Positions 56,148 through 64,000 are shown, counted from the first letter of the stretch. The stretch: 64,000 nt of DNA from Acidobacteriota bacterium (GCA_019639135.1 JAHBSL010000019.1:33134-97133); one strand, 5' to 3'. Numbers and translations: made by a program. Notes: generated by a model not told the origin, from the letters alone.

Positions 56148-57854
56148 ATGAATCCGGCGCGGAACTCCAATTCTCACCTGCTGACCGTCCTAGTGGAGGA
56201 TTATTTCCACGTTGGGGCGTTTGATTCTCTAATCCAGCAACGCAATTGGTCGAATTTCGAGGCGCGTTACGAACAAAACACAAGAAAGACACTTGACCTG
56301 CTCGATGAATACGGAGCAAAGGCGACGTTCTTCGTTTTAGGCTGGATTGCTGAAAAAGATCCTTCGCTCGTCCGTGAAATTGCTGACCGGGGTCACGAAG
56401 TGGCTAGCCGAGGATATTATCATCGGGGTCTCCGAAACTTGTCGATCGAGGAATTCCGTGCCGATCTTGCAAGAACCGGCCGAGCGATCGAGAATGCGAC
56501 AGGGCAGAAAGTCAGGGGCTATCGCGCTGCCGAAAAACTAAATTACACAAGGGACTCATGGGTGCTTGATTCGCTTTCGGAAGAAGGGTTCGCTTACGAT
56601 GCTTCCTTCTTGCCGACCCGAAAAGATAGTGAGGCCAGAAGAATTGCCGGTGCCGTCGAAACCGAGTCGGGGACCATTTGGGAGTTCCCTTACTCAACTT
56701 TGAACCTGTTTGCAGGACTCGCCCCGATCTCCGGCGGAAATTACCTCAGGCAGTTCCCTTACTCTATTACGAAACATGCGATCGCCCGATGGGACAAATC
56801 GGCCAAAGGTCCTTTCATGTTCTATTTCCATGTCTGGGAAATGGATCCCGAACAGCCGCGAATTTCGGCAGCAAACTTGCGGACCCGTCTTCGCCACTAC
56901 CGGAAACTCGACAAGATGGACTGGGTCGTTCGCGATCTGCTTGGTCGATATGATTTTGACTCGATCGGGAGCTATATGGGACTGGAGGATTACGCTGCTG
57001 AACAGCCCCCGAAGCCTGAAGCAAAACGAGCCGATATCGCCGAATCATCGGTAAACAAATCTCCGTCGGTTACAGAATTAACCCCTGTAACCATCGTGGT
57101 ACCGTGTTACAACGAACAGGAAACGCTTCCCTATCTCGCGAAAACCCTCAAAGGTGTGGAATCGGAACTTTCATCGCTCAATTACTCAATGCGCCTGATC
57201 TTTGTAGATGATAAGAGTACGGATGCGACTGTCGAAACCATTAATGCACTTTTCGGTGAGATGGACAATGCGACCTTGATCGAACATCAGGTAAACCAAG
57301 GTGTCGCCGGAGCGATCCTAACAGGTCTCCGAGCTGCCGAGACCGATATAGTCTGCTCGATCGATTGCGATTGCACCTTTGACCCGTTTGAACTACCGAA
57401 AATGATCCCAATGTTGACCGCAGAGGTCGATATGGTCACCGCCTCGCCATATCACAAGGATGGCGGAGTCCGTAATGTTCCGGGCTGGCGGCTCGCACTT
57501 TCCAAAGGTGCCTCGCTGATATATCGCCGAATTCTGAACTCGAAGCTCGACTCATATACCGCCTGCTTCCGAGTCTATCGGAGAAAATCGATGGCCGATC
57601 TTGCAATACAGGAAACCGGCTACCACGGGGTCGCTGAAATGTTGGGTCAACTCGATCTGAAAGGCGGGCGGATCGTAGAATTTCCGACAGTGTTGGAGGT
57701 CCGCCTTTTCGGAGCCTCGAAGATGAAGACCATTTCAACTATTGGCGGACATTTGAAGCTGATGTCCCGACTGCTAAAAGCTCGATTTTTCGACTCACGA
57801 ACTCAACCCGCCCATGATAGTGAACGATCGTCAGAAAACGGTACTACCCGTTGA
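56148..57854 (+). CDS. fusion protein: N-terminal DUF3473/PEP-CTERM-locus-type polysaccharide deacetylase + C-terminal GT2 polyprenyl-phosphate glycosyltransferase-like domain
   Basis: N-terminal domain: LLTVLVEDYFHVGAFDSLI...ATFFVLGWIAEKDPSLVREIADRGHEVASRGYYH. Linker: PPKPEAKRADIAESS. C-terminal domain: VTIVVPCYNEQETLPYL...LIFVDDKSTDAT...NQGVAGAILTGL...IDCDCTFDP (DPM1/GtrB/ArnC-like). ATG 56148 is preferred; the track start at 56001 overlaps wecB. Confidence 0.8.
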   Translation: MNPARNSNSHLLTVLVEDYFHVGAFDSLIQQRNWSNFEARYEQNTRKTLDLLDEYGAKATFFVLGWIAEKDPSLVREIADRGHEVASRGYYHRGLRNLSIEEFRADLARTGRAIENATGQKVRGYRAAEKLNYTRDSWVLDSLSEEGFAYDASFLPTRKDSEARRIAGAVETESGTIWEFPYSTLNLFAGLAPISGGNYLRQFPYSITKHAIARWDKSAKGPFMFYFHVWEMDPEQPRISAANLRTRLRHYRKLDKMDWVVRDLLGRYDFDSIGSYMGLEDYAAEQPPKPEAKRADIAESSVNKSPSVTELTPVTIVVPCYNEQETLPYLAKTLKGVESELSSLNYSMRLIFVDDKSTDATVETINALFGEMDNATLIEHQVNQGVAGAILTGLRAAETDIVCSIDCDCTFDPFELPKMIPMLTAEVDMVTASPYHKDGGVRNVPGWRLALSKGASLIYRRILNSKLDSYTACFRVYRRKSMADLAIQETGYHGVAEMLGQLDLKGGRIVEFPTVLEVRLFGASKMKTISTIGGHLKLMSRLLKARFFDSRTQPAHDSERSSENGTTR

Positions 57855-57891
57855 ACTTAGCGAAGATCGCTATCAGACCAAGCAAATATCA

Positions 57892-59199
57892 ATGGGGAAG
57901 GAAATAGCCATCGTCGGAGCCGGAATGCTGGGCCTAACGCTAGCACTACGTTGTGTGGATCACGGATACAAAGTCACACTTTTCGAATCAGCTCCTGAGA
58001 TCGGCGGTCTCGCCAGTGTTTGGAAGATCGGCGATCTGACCTGGGATCGTCATTATCATGTAACTTTACTCTCCGATTCTCATACAAGAAAGATTGCCGG
58101 TGACCTCGGGATCGACGACGAGTTCGAGTGGGTCGAAACAAAGACCGGATTCTTCACCGACGGTCGGCTCGTTTCGATGTCGAACACACTCGAGTTTCTT
58201 ACATTTCCGCCGCTCGACCTTTTTAGCAAGTTTCGGCTCGGACTAACTATTCTTTATGCCTCGCGGGTTACCGATTGGAGAAAACTCGAACAGATTTCGG
58301 TCGAAAAGTGGCTTACACGCCTTTCAGGTAAGCGCAACTTTGAAAAGATCTGGAAGCCGCTTCTTCGTGCGAAGCTAGGAAATGCTTATCGCGAATCGTC
58401 CGCTGCCTTCATTTGGGCATCTATCCAGCGTATGTATGCGGCTCGGCATTCCGGAATGAAGAAGGAAATGTTCGGCTATGTCCGCGGCGGATACAAAAGA
58501 CTCCTCTCTCGATTTGAAGAAGTCCTGACAGAAAAGGGTGTCGAGATCAAGCTGGGCTCCAGGATAAAAACGATCGAGCCTGACGATAACACCAGGGTGC
58601 GAATAACTGAATCGGACTCGGTTCGGACCTTCGATAACGTCGTGCTGACCTGCTCTGCGTCCGTGGTTTCAAATCTCGTTCCTGGACTTCAACCTGATGA
58701 GCTGAACATCCTTTCGGGCGTGAGGTACCAAGGCATCATCTGTGCTTCGATGCTTTTGAAACAGCCGATATCCGACTACTACGTAACAAACATTACCGAC
58801 GAAACGCCATTCACCGGGATCATCGAGATGTCTGCCCTTGTGGACAAGAGCGAGTTCGGAGGCCTTTCGCTTGTTTATCTTCCCAAATATATCGCCCCGG
58901 ATGACCCGATGTTCGAGCAAAGCGATGAGCAAATTCAGGAACACTTTATTTCCGGGGTCGAATCTATGTACCCGTTCTTTGACCGGCAGGACGTGGTTGA
59001 ATTCAAGATTTCAAGGGTTCGAGAGGTGTTCCCGATCCCGGTGTTGAATTACTCGCAAAAGGTTCCGGATATTCGAACCTCGATCCCGAACCTGTTTGTG
59101 GTAAATTCCTCGCAGATCACGAATGGAACGCTGAACGTAAATGAAACGGTTCAGATCGCTGAGAAAGCCTTTGAAGCGGTATTGAAATGGTCGGATTAG
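57892..59199 (+). CDS. NAD(P)/FAD-dependent oxidoreductase (amine-oxidase / UDP-galactopyranose-mutase-like Rossmann flavoprotein)
   Basis: Dinucleotide motif IAIVGAGMLGLTLAL...VTLFESAPEIGGLA at the N-terminus. 435 aa. ATG 57892 is preferred over the overlapping track start at 57814. Confidence 0.75.
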   Translation: MGKEIAIVGAGMLGLTLALRCVDHGYKVTLFESAPEIGGLASVWKIGDLTWDRHYHVTLLSDSHTRKIAGDLGIDDEFEWVETKTGFFTDGRLVSMSNTLEFLTFPPLDLFSKFRLGLTILYASRVTDWRKLEQISVEKWLTRLSGKRNFEKIWKPLLRAKLGNAYRESSAAFIWASIQRMYAARHSGMKKEMFGYVRGGYKRLLSRFEEVLTEKGVEIKLGSRIKTIEPDDNTRVRITESDSVRTFDNVVLTCSASVVSNLVPGLQPDELNILSGVRYQGIICASMLLKQPISDYYVTNITDETPFTGIIEMSALVDKSEFGGLSLVYLPKYIAPDDPMFEQSDEQIQEHFISGVESMYPFFDRQDVVEFKISRVREVFPIPVLNYSQKVPDIRTSIPNLFVVNSSQITNGTLNVNETVQIAEKAFEAVLKWSD

Positions 59200-59224
59200 A
59201 GATCCCAGATCCCGGAGGATCACC

Positions 59225-60904
59225 GTGAGCGAGTACGAGAGTGGAAAATCGTCAGTTCGCCTCAAAATTGCCGCAAATATTAACCCGGCCTATCTTTTGT
59301 TCTGCCTGGTTCCCAGCCTCTTGCTTGGAATTGTCCGTTTGCCTGAGACCTTTACGGGCGATCAGGCGATGTTCGTGGTTTATGCGGAACGCCTGTTGAA
59401 CGGCGCAATGCTTTACGCGGATATCTGGGATGTCAAGCAACCCGGAATCTTCTATTTCTATTTGACTGGCGGAGCTTTATTCGGCTTTACAGAGTATGGA
59501 ATCCATTTGTTCGAGCTTCTGTATTGGCTTCTTTTTTCAGTCGTAAGCGTTTACTTGCTCCGTGATCATTTCTCGAATATCTGGCTGGTCTATTTCGTCC
59601 CAACATTCACGGTCGGCTATTACTATCTCACCGTCGGAAGCCTCCAGATGACCCAGGTAGAATCATTGGCAAATTTTCCGGTCGCACTCTCTTTCCTGCT
59701 CATTCCAAAGCTTGCCATAAGTTCCCGTCCGCTTCGCTGGTACGCGATCTGTCTGGTCAGCGGCCTTTCGATCGCTGCGGCCATCGCTTTGAAGTTCGCG
59801 TTCTTGCCGCTCGTGACTGCCCTCTCGACGATCGCTATTGTCCTGGTTTGTATGCAACATCCTGACTTTAGCCGAAGGAAGGCAATAGCAGCACTCGTTG
59901 GTATTTGGTCTGTCACAGGGGTTTCTCTATTCCTTATCACGTTTTGGGTCTATCGTCTTGGAATATTTGATCAACTTTATTACACAACATTTGTCTATCC
60001 CCGAGAGGCCGTATCTCTTCACGGAGGAGGCGAACGCCTCTCGGTTTTGAGCAACAGTCTGGTATGGTTCACCCTGACCTTTTTTCCACTTCTCATGCTG
60101 ATTCTGGCCGGATCGGTTTACCGGTTCTTTACTTCCGCACGAACCGAACTTGCCATCCGATCATTTCGCGATAACGTACGGTCGAAGCAGATCGTGATTG
60201 CTGCATGTATGGCGGTTTGGCTGTTTGTCGGATTGCTTGTGATCCTTATACAGTCAACCTCCTGGTGGTCCTATCATTTTATGCTGCTTTTGATGCCGAT
60301 CGGTCTCTTGGCACTTGGTGCGATCGACCGATTCCTTGGGTCGTGCGAAATGCTTAATCGCAGGAGTGTGCTTTGCCAATTCACGATCGTTGCGATCTTT
60401 TTCTTCACTATCGCATCGGTGTTTAATATATTCACGGTTCGCGAGATAAAGCGACTTTACCGAGACAGGGATTTGGGATATGCGAACGGCCCGGCGGGCC
60501 CTCATGGTGACAACTGGGATATGTATCAACAGGTGTTGGATGAGTCGCGGACAGTTGGATTTCATAATGTCCGGAACCGATCGATGTTCGTTTGTTCGGA
60601 TCCGCTCTACTATTATTTGAATCGACAAACCCCTGCGATCTCAACAAACGGGTGGATGCCGGAGTTTTTTGTCGGGCAGCAATGGCGTATCCTTGAAGAG
60701 GAGATCTCGGCCTCAAAGCCAGGCATCCTGATCGTCGATTCGGATTGCGAATGGCTCATCTCGAAGAACTCCGTTCGATTGAGGCAAGAGATCGACTCCG
60801 AATATGAGGTGATAATGACGACCGCGAAAACAACCTGGTGGAAAAGGATCGACGATGGAGCCAGTAACGAGCCTTCACGGGAAATGACAGATGTATTGCC
60901 TTGA
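59225..60904 (+). CDS. GT-C-fold membrane glycosyltransferase (ArnT/PMT_2-like)
   Basis: The first loop FTGDQAMFVVYAERLLNGAMLYADIWDVKQPGIFYFYL parallels the ArnT/PMT pattern (DE.RYA....L.G.......EKPPL.YW). About 12 TM helices and a C-terminal soluble domain. GTG start. Confidence 0.65.
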   Translation: MSEYESGKSSVRLKIAANINPAYLLFCLVPSLLLGIVRLPETFTGDQAMFVVYAERLLNGAMLYADIWDVKQPGIFYFYLTGGALFGFTEYGIHLFELLYWLLFSVVSVYLLRDHFSNIWLVYFVPTFTVGYYYLTVGSLQMTQVESLANFPVALSFLLIPKLAISSRPLRWYAICLVSGLSIAAAIALKFAFLPLVTALSTIAIVLVCMQHPDFSRRKAIAALVGIWSVTGVSLFLITFWVYRLGIFDQLYYTTFVYPREAVSLHGGGERLSVLSNSLVWFTLTFFPLLMLILAGSVYRFFTSARTELAIRSFRDNVRSKQIVIAACMAVWLFVGLLVILIQSTSWWSYHFMLLLMPIGLLALGAIDRFLGSCEMLNRRSVLCQFTIVAIFFFTIASVFNIFTVREIKRLYRDRDLGYANGPAGPHGDNWDMYQQVLDESRTVGFHNVRNRSMFVCSDPLYYYLNRQTPAISTNGWMPEFFVGQQWRILEEEISASKPGILIVDSDCEWLISKNSVRLRQEIDSEYEVIMTTAKTTWWKRIDDGASNEPSREMTDVLP

Positions 60905-60916
60905 AGTATCGGTCTC

Positions 60917-61879
60917 ATGATGCAGTCATCAACTGAACGAATTGCCAGTGTTTCCCTTGACCTTGACAATAAATGGGCATATATGAGGTCCAGCAAGATC
61001 GAGGGGTGGGAGGACTATCCGACCTATTTGGACGTCGCCGTCCCGCGGGTTCTCGATTTCCTGTCCGGACGCGCCTTGACGATCACCTTCTTTATTGTTG
61101 GTAAAGACGCTTCGCTTGCAAAGAACCACGAGGCAATAGCGTCTATCGCAAAGGCAGGGCATGAGATCGGTAACCACTCCTTCAATCACGAACCGTGGCT
61201 CCACCTCTATTCCCGCTCAGAGTTGGACACCGAGATCGGTCAGGCCGAGACGGCGATCGAGAATGTCACGGGCCAACGCCCACGAGGCTTTCGCGGACCC
61301 GGATTCAGCTTGACGCCCGCCGTAGTCGAAGTGCTAGCCGAAAGGGGATATGTTTACGATTGCTCGGTCTTCCCGACCTTTATCGGGCCGCTTGCTCGTG
61401 CCTTTTACTTTCTGAAGTCTGGTAAGATGACACCAGAAGAACGTGAACTGCGAAAACGTCTTTTTGGAAAATTCAGTGACGGCTTTCAGTCGCTGGAGCC
61501 TTCTGAGATTTCTTCCCAGGGACGAAAGCTGGTCGAAATTCCGGTTACCACCCTTCCGATTTTTAAAACCCCGATCCACGTCAGCTATTTTATGTACCTG
61601 GCATCTTTCTCGACAGCCGCGGCCAAAGCATACTGGAAAACAGCACTTGGCCTATGCCGCGTTACGAATGTGGCTCCATCGCTGTTGCTGCATCCTCTCG
61701 ACTTTTTGAGCCGAGAAGATGTACCTGAACTCGAATTCTTTCCCGGAATGTCAGTCCCGACGAATAAAAAGCTGCAAATGCTCGAGTGGGTCTTTGATTC
61801 AATGGAAAGGCATTTCAAGATCGTACCTATATGCCAGCATGTGAACGAAGTACTCCGTCAACTATCGGGTTCGAAGTAG
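60917..61879 (+). CDS. polysaccharide deacetylase (CE4/NodB homology) family protein
   Basis: SLDLDNKW, ITFFIVGKDA, AGHEIGNHSFNHEPW, RPRGFRGPGF. No signal peptide seen. Confidence 0.8.
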   Translation: MMQSSTERIASVSLDLDNKWAYMRSSKIEGWEDYPTYLDVAVPRVLDFLSGRALTITFFIVGKDASLAKNHEAIASIAKAGHEIGNHSFNHEPWLHLYSRSELDTEIGQAETAIENVTGQRPRGFRGPGFSLTPAVVEVLAERGYVYDCSVFPTFIGPLARAFYFLKSGKMTPEERELRKRLFGKFSDGFQSLEPSEISSQGRKLVEIPVTTLPIFKTPIHVSYFMYLASFSTAAAKAYWKTALGLCRVTNVAPSLLLHPLDFLSREDVPELEFFPGMSVPTNKKLQMLEWVFDSMERHFKIVPICQHVNEVLRQLSGSK

Positions 61880-61883
61880 ATAC

Positions 61884-61916
61884 GAAAAAAAGCACGCCGT
61901 GGGTGGCGTGCTTTTC
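61884..61916. terminator. bidirectional rho-independent terminator (end of the EPS locus / downstream of tRNA-Lys)
   Basis: AAAAAA-AGCACGCC(61891-61898)-gtgggt-GGCGTGCT(61905-61912)-TTTT. Confidence 0.75.
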
Positions 61917-61922
61917 TATATC

Positions 61923-61998
61923 TGGTGATCCGACCAGGACTCGAACCTGGGACCCAATGGTTAAAAGCCATTTGCTCTACCGACTGAGCTATCGGACC
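61923..61998 (-). tRNA. tRNA-Lys (anticodon UUU), CCA encoded
   Basis: The reverse complement GGTCCGATAGCTCAGTCGGTAGAGCAAATGGCTTTTAACCATTGGGTCCCAGGTTCGAGTCCTGGTCGGATCACCA folds by hand into a cloverleaf. Acceptor stem is 7 bp, D arm is GCTC/GAGC, and the anticodon stem AATGG/CCATT carries the loop CTTTTAA. T arm is CCAGG-TTCGAGT-CCTGG. Total 76 nt. Confidence 0.9.
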
Positions 61999-62027
61999 AT
62001 GTGGCCACTCGGGCCGAATTGAAGATT

Positions 62028-62516
62028 TTACATATTGGTGTCTGCTATGGCAAGTTCCATCCGGACGTTGGCACGCGAATACTGCGAACCCGGGTCGAGC
62101 GGTGTTTCAACAAAGCCGAACTTTTTGTATAGCGCGATGGCAGCGGGCAGCTTTGAATTCGTTTCAAGAAAGACTTTGTTTACTCCTTCTGCCTGGGCAA
62201 GTTCGATGCACGCCAGCATGAGGTGGTTCGCTATCCCTCGGCCCTGAAACGCAGGATCGACCGCCATTTTCGTAAGCTCGTAGGTATTCGTATCGGTCCG
62301 GACCATTGCTACGGTTCCCGCGACCTCGTCGTCGGCAAGAGCAAAGAACACCTCACCGCCGGTCTCTACGATCTTTTCAAGTGGTGCATCGAGCAACTCT
62401 CGGTCGTGCGGCTCAATGCGGAAGTGCTCTTCGATCCATCGATAATTCAGCCGGGCAAAATCCGCCGCGAACCGCTCATCGAACGTAACGACCCTGATCT
62501 CCGACTCGTCGCTCAT
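62028..62516 (-). CDS. GNAT family N-acetyltransferase
   Basis: 162 aa from ATG 62516. VAGTVAMV...ELTKMAVDPAFQGRGIANHLM (acetyl-CoA binding Q/RxxGxG/A motif). The track start at 62537 would overlap purA. Confidence 0.8.
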   Translation of the reverse strand: MSDESEIRVVTFDERFAADFARLNYRWIEEHFRIEPHDRELLDAPLEKIVETGGEVFFALADDEVAGTVAMVRTDTNTYELTKMAVDPAFQGRGIANHLMLACIELAQAEGVNKVFLETNSKLPAAIALYKKFGFVETPLDPGSQYSRANVRMELAIADTNM

Positions 62517-62521
62517 TTTCG

Positions 62522-63835
62522 CTAGTTCGTAAACCACCCTTCCATTACCGAGTCTTTGAGGATTATCGTCTGGTCGCGTTCCGGTCCGGTTGAGATCAAG
62601 CCGATCTCGACGCCGACATGCTCTGAAAGAAACCGAACGTAACGCTGCGCATTAACCGGCAGCCGGTCAAATTCCGTTATCCCCAGTGTGTCGCTTTTCC
62701 AGCCCGGGAGCGTCTCATAGATCGGCTCAATCTGCCTGAGATCGTGCGAGACGGCGGGAAAGGTATCAACGCGTTCGCCATTGATAGTGTAGCCGACGCA
62801 AACCTTGATCTCATCGAGTTCGTCGAGCACATCGAGCTTCGTCAACGCGATCGAATCGAACCCGTTGAGTTCGGCGGCATATCGCGTCGCGACCGCGTCA
62901 AACCAACCGCATCGCCGCGGCCGCTTTGTGACGGAGCCGTATTCGTTGCCCCGTTCGCGGATGAGATGGGCTATCGGCTCTTCCGTATCGAGCATCTCCG
63001 TTGGAAACGGCCCTTCTCCGACCCGGGTCGCGTATGTTCTGACGATTCCCAGTACGCCCGTAATATGATGCGGCGGAATACCCGCACCGACCGAGGCTCC
63101 GCCGGCCGTCGGGTTCGATGAGGTCACGTAGGGATAAGTGCCGTGATCGACGTCAAGCAGCGTCGCCTGTGCGCCCTCAAGCAAGATCTTCTTTTTAGCT
63201 TTGCGAGCCTCGGCAAGGAAATGCGAGGTCTCGCAAACAAATGGGCGAAGCCGCTCGACCAGCGGTGTCATCTCTGCAAGTATCTCATCCGCCCGCAGCG
63301 GCTGAGTGCCATAGAGCACGATGATGCGGTTCGCTTCTTCAAGGTTCCGCTCGATCCGGAGCTTCAGTATCTCCGGCGACATCGCGTCCGCGACGCGGAT
63401 TCCCCGCCGGCCGGCTTTATCCTCGTATGCAGGCCCGATGCCGCGAAGCGTCGTGCCGATCTTCTCGTTGCCAAGCCGCTCTTCCGAGGTATGGTCGAGC
63501 GCCCGATGGTAAGGCATTATCAGGTGTGCCCGGCTTGAGACCTTCAGCCGTTCCGGCGAAACCTCGACGCCCTGTTCGGCGATCTGATCTATTTCCTCGA
63601 AAAAGGCCTTCGGATCAATGACCATTCCATTGCCGAGCACACAGGTCTTGTCTTCGTGGATTATTCCCGAAGGAAGCAGCCGAAGCACAAACGCTCGGTC
63701 GCCGACGTAAACGCTGTGGCCAGCGTTGTGCCCGCCCTGGTATCGCGACACTATGTCGAAACGATCCGCCAACAGGTCAACGACCTTTCCCTTGCCTTCA
63801 TCGCCCCATTGGGCGCCAATAATAACGATGATCAT
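62522..63835 (-). CDS. purA: adenylosuccinate synthase
   Basis: MIIVIIGAQWGDEGKGKVVDLL...RYQGGHNAGHSV, GTTLRGIGPAYEDK, GAQATLLDVDHGTYPYVTSSN. 437 aa. Confidence 0.95.
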   Translation of the reverse strand: MIIVIIGAQWGDEGKGKVVDLLADRFDIVSRYQGGHNAGHSVYVGDRAFVLRLLPSGIIHEDKTCVLGNGMVIDPKAFFEEIDQIAEQGVEVSPERLKVSSRAHLIMPYHRALDHTSEERLGNEKIGTTLRGIGPAYEDKAGRRGIRVADAMSPEILKLRIERNLEEANRIIVLYGTQPLRADEILAEMTPLVERLRPFVCETSHFLAEARKAKKKILLEGAQATLLDVDHGTYPYVTSSNPTAGGASVGAGIPPHHITGVLGIVRTYATRVGEGPFPTEMLDTEEPIAHLIRERGNEYGSVTKRPRRCGWFDAVATRYAAELNGFDSIALTKLDVLDELDEIKVCVGYTINGERVDTFPAVSHDLRQIEPIYETLPGWKSDTLGITEFDRLPVNAQRYVRFLSEHVGVEIGLISTGPERDQTIILKDSVMEGWFTN

Positions 63836-63836
63836 A

Positions 63837-64000
63837 TCAATTTCCGGATGCTCGGTCGCGGGCTTCCCACTCTCGCCTGAGCAGCGAATAAACCGCCCAG
63901 TCGCCGAATCTGCCGTCGAGGTATTCGACCTCGCGAAGTGTTCCTTCCAGCGTAAACCCTAGCCTTTCCGGTATTGCCCGGCTCCGAAGGTTCTCGACGT
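63837..64000 (-). CDS. GNAT (RimJ/RimL-like) acetyltransferase, C-terminal 53 codons; the gene enters from the right edge
   Basis: Absent from the ORF track (open at the window edge). Reverse translation gives VENLRSRAIPERLGFTLEGTLREVEYLDGRFGDWAVYSLLRREWEARDRASGN*, the typical C-terminal beta-strand region of RimJ/L-type GNATs. The stop lies 1 nt from the purA start. Confidence 0.6.
   Translation of the reverse strand, partial: VENLRSRAIPERLGFTLEGTLREVEYLDGRFGDWAVYSLLRREWEARDRASGN

Overview
64-kb bacterial window with Gram-negative-type envelope genes. The gene content resembles soil Acidobacteriota-like organisms, but taxonomy cannot be proven from the sequence alone. The window has three parts. 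(1) 1-11.5 kb holds housekeeping genes at about 60% GC (hand spot counts): the 5' end of an alpha-glucan phosphorylase (-), a DoxX-like membrane protein (-), mtnA, a zinc-ribbon/TonB-C protein (-), an inactive-looking M16 peptidase homologue and ubiE/menG. These are followed by one tightly coupled operon of two orphan Dpp/Opp-type ABC permeases, pxpB-pxpC-pxpA (5-oxoprolinase) and an NRAMP-like transporter. (2) 11.9-61.9 kb is a roughly 50-kb, 38-gene exopolysaccharide super-locus of lower GC (spot counts 38-55%). It opens with a small secreted protein carrying a degenerate PEP-CTERM-like tail. It carries a Wzx/Wzy-type assembly and export core: a GumC/Wzz co-polymerase, an ExeA-like ATPase, a BY-kinase, an initiating phosphoglycosyltransferase, a Wza-like exporter, an O-antigen-ligase-like protein and a flippase. 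It also carries six cytoplasmic glycosyltransferase domains, two or three GT-C-like membrane proteins and four asparagine-synthetase paralogues, one of which lacks the Cys nucleophile. Sugar-precursor genes include an AlgD-like GDP-mannose 6-dehydrogenase, two divergent UDP-GlcNAc 2-epimerases and a mannose-6-P-isomerase-type cupin. Tailoring genes include a formyltransferase, three or four deacetylases, two methyltransferases, a fatty-acid hydroxylase and a FemAB-like acyltransferase. The locus also encodes a heparinase II/III-like protein and a secreted beta-helix/FG-GAP protein. No exosortase or PrsK/PrsR regulator lies in the window. (3) 61.9-64 kb holds tRNA-Lys(UUU), a GNAT, purA and the 3' end of another GNAT, all on the - strand. 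No CRISPR array, rRNA, transposase, integrase or recognisable defence system was seen. The most interesting leads are the degenerate PEP-CTERM protein, the four AsnB paralogues next to a mannuronate-forming dehydrogenase (possible uronamide polymer), and a deacetylase-GT2 fusion + FAD oxidoreductase + GT-C + deacetylase cassette that looks like an undescribed lipid-carrier sugar-modification branch. All functional calls come from motif and family recognition by eye; no database search was run.
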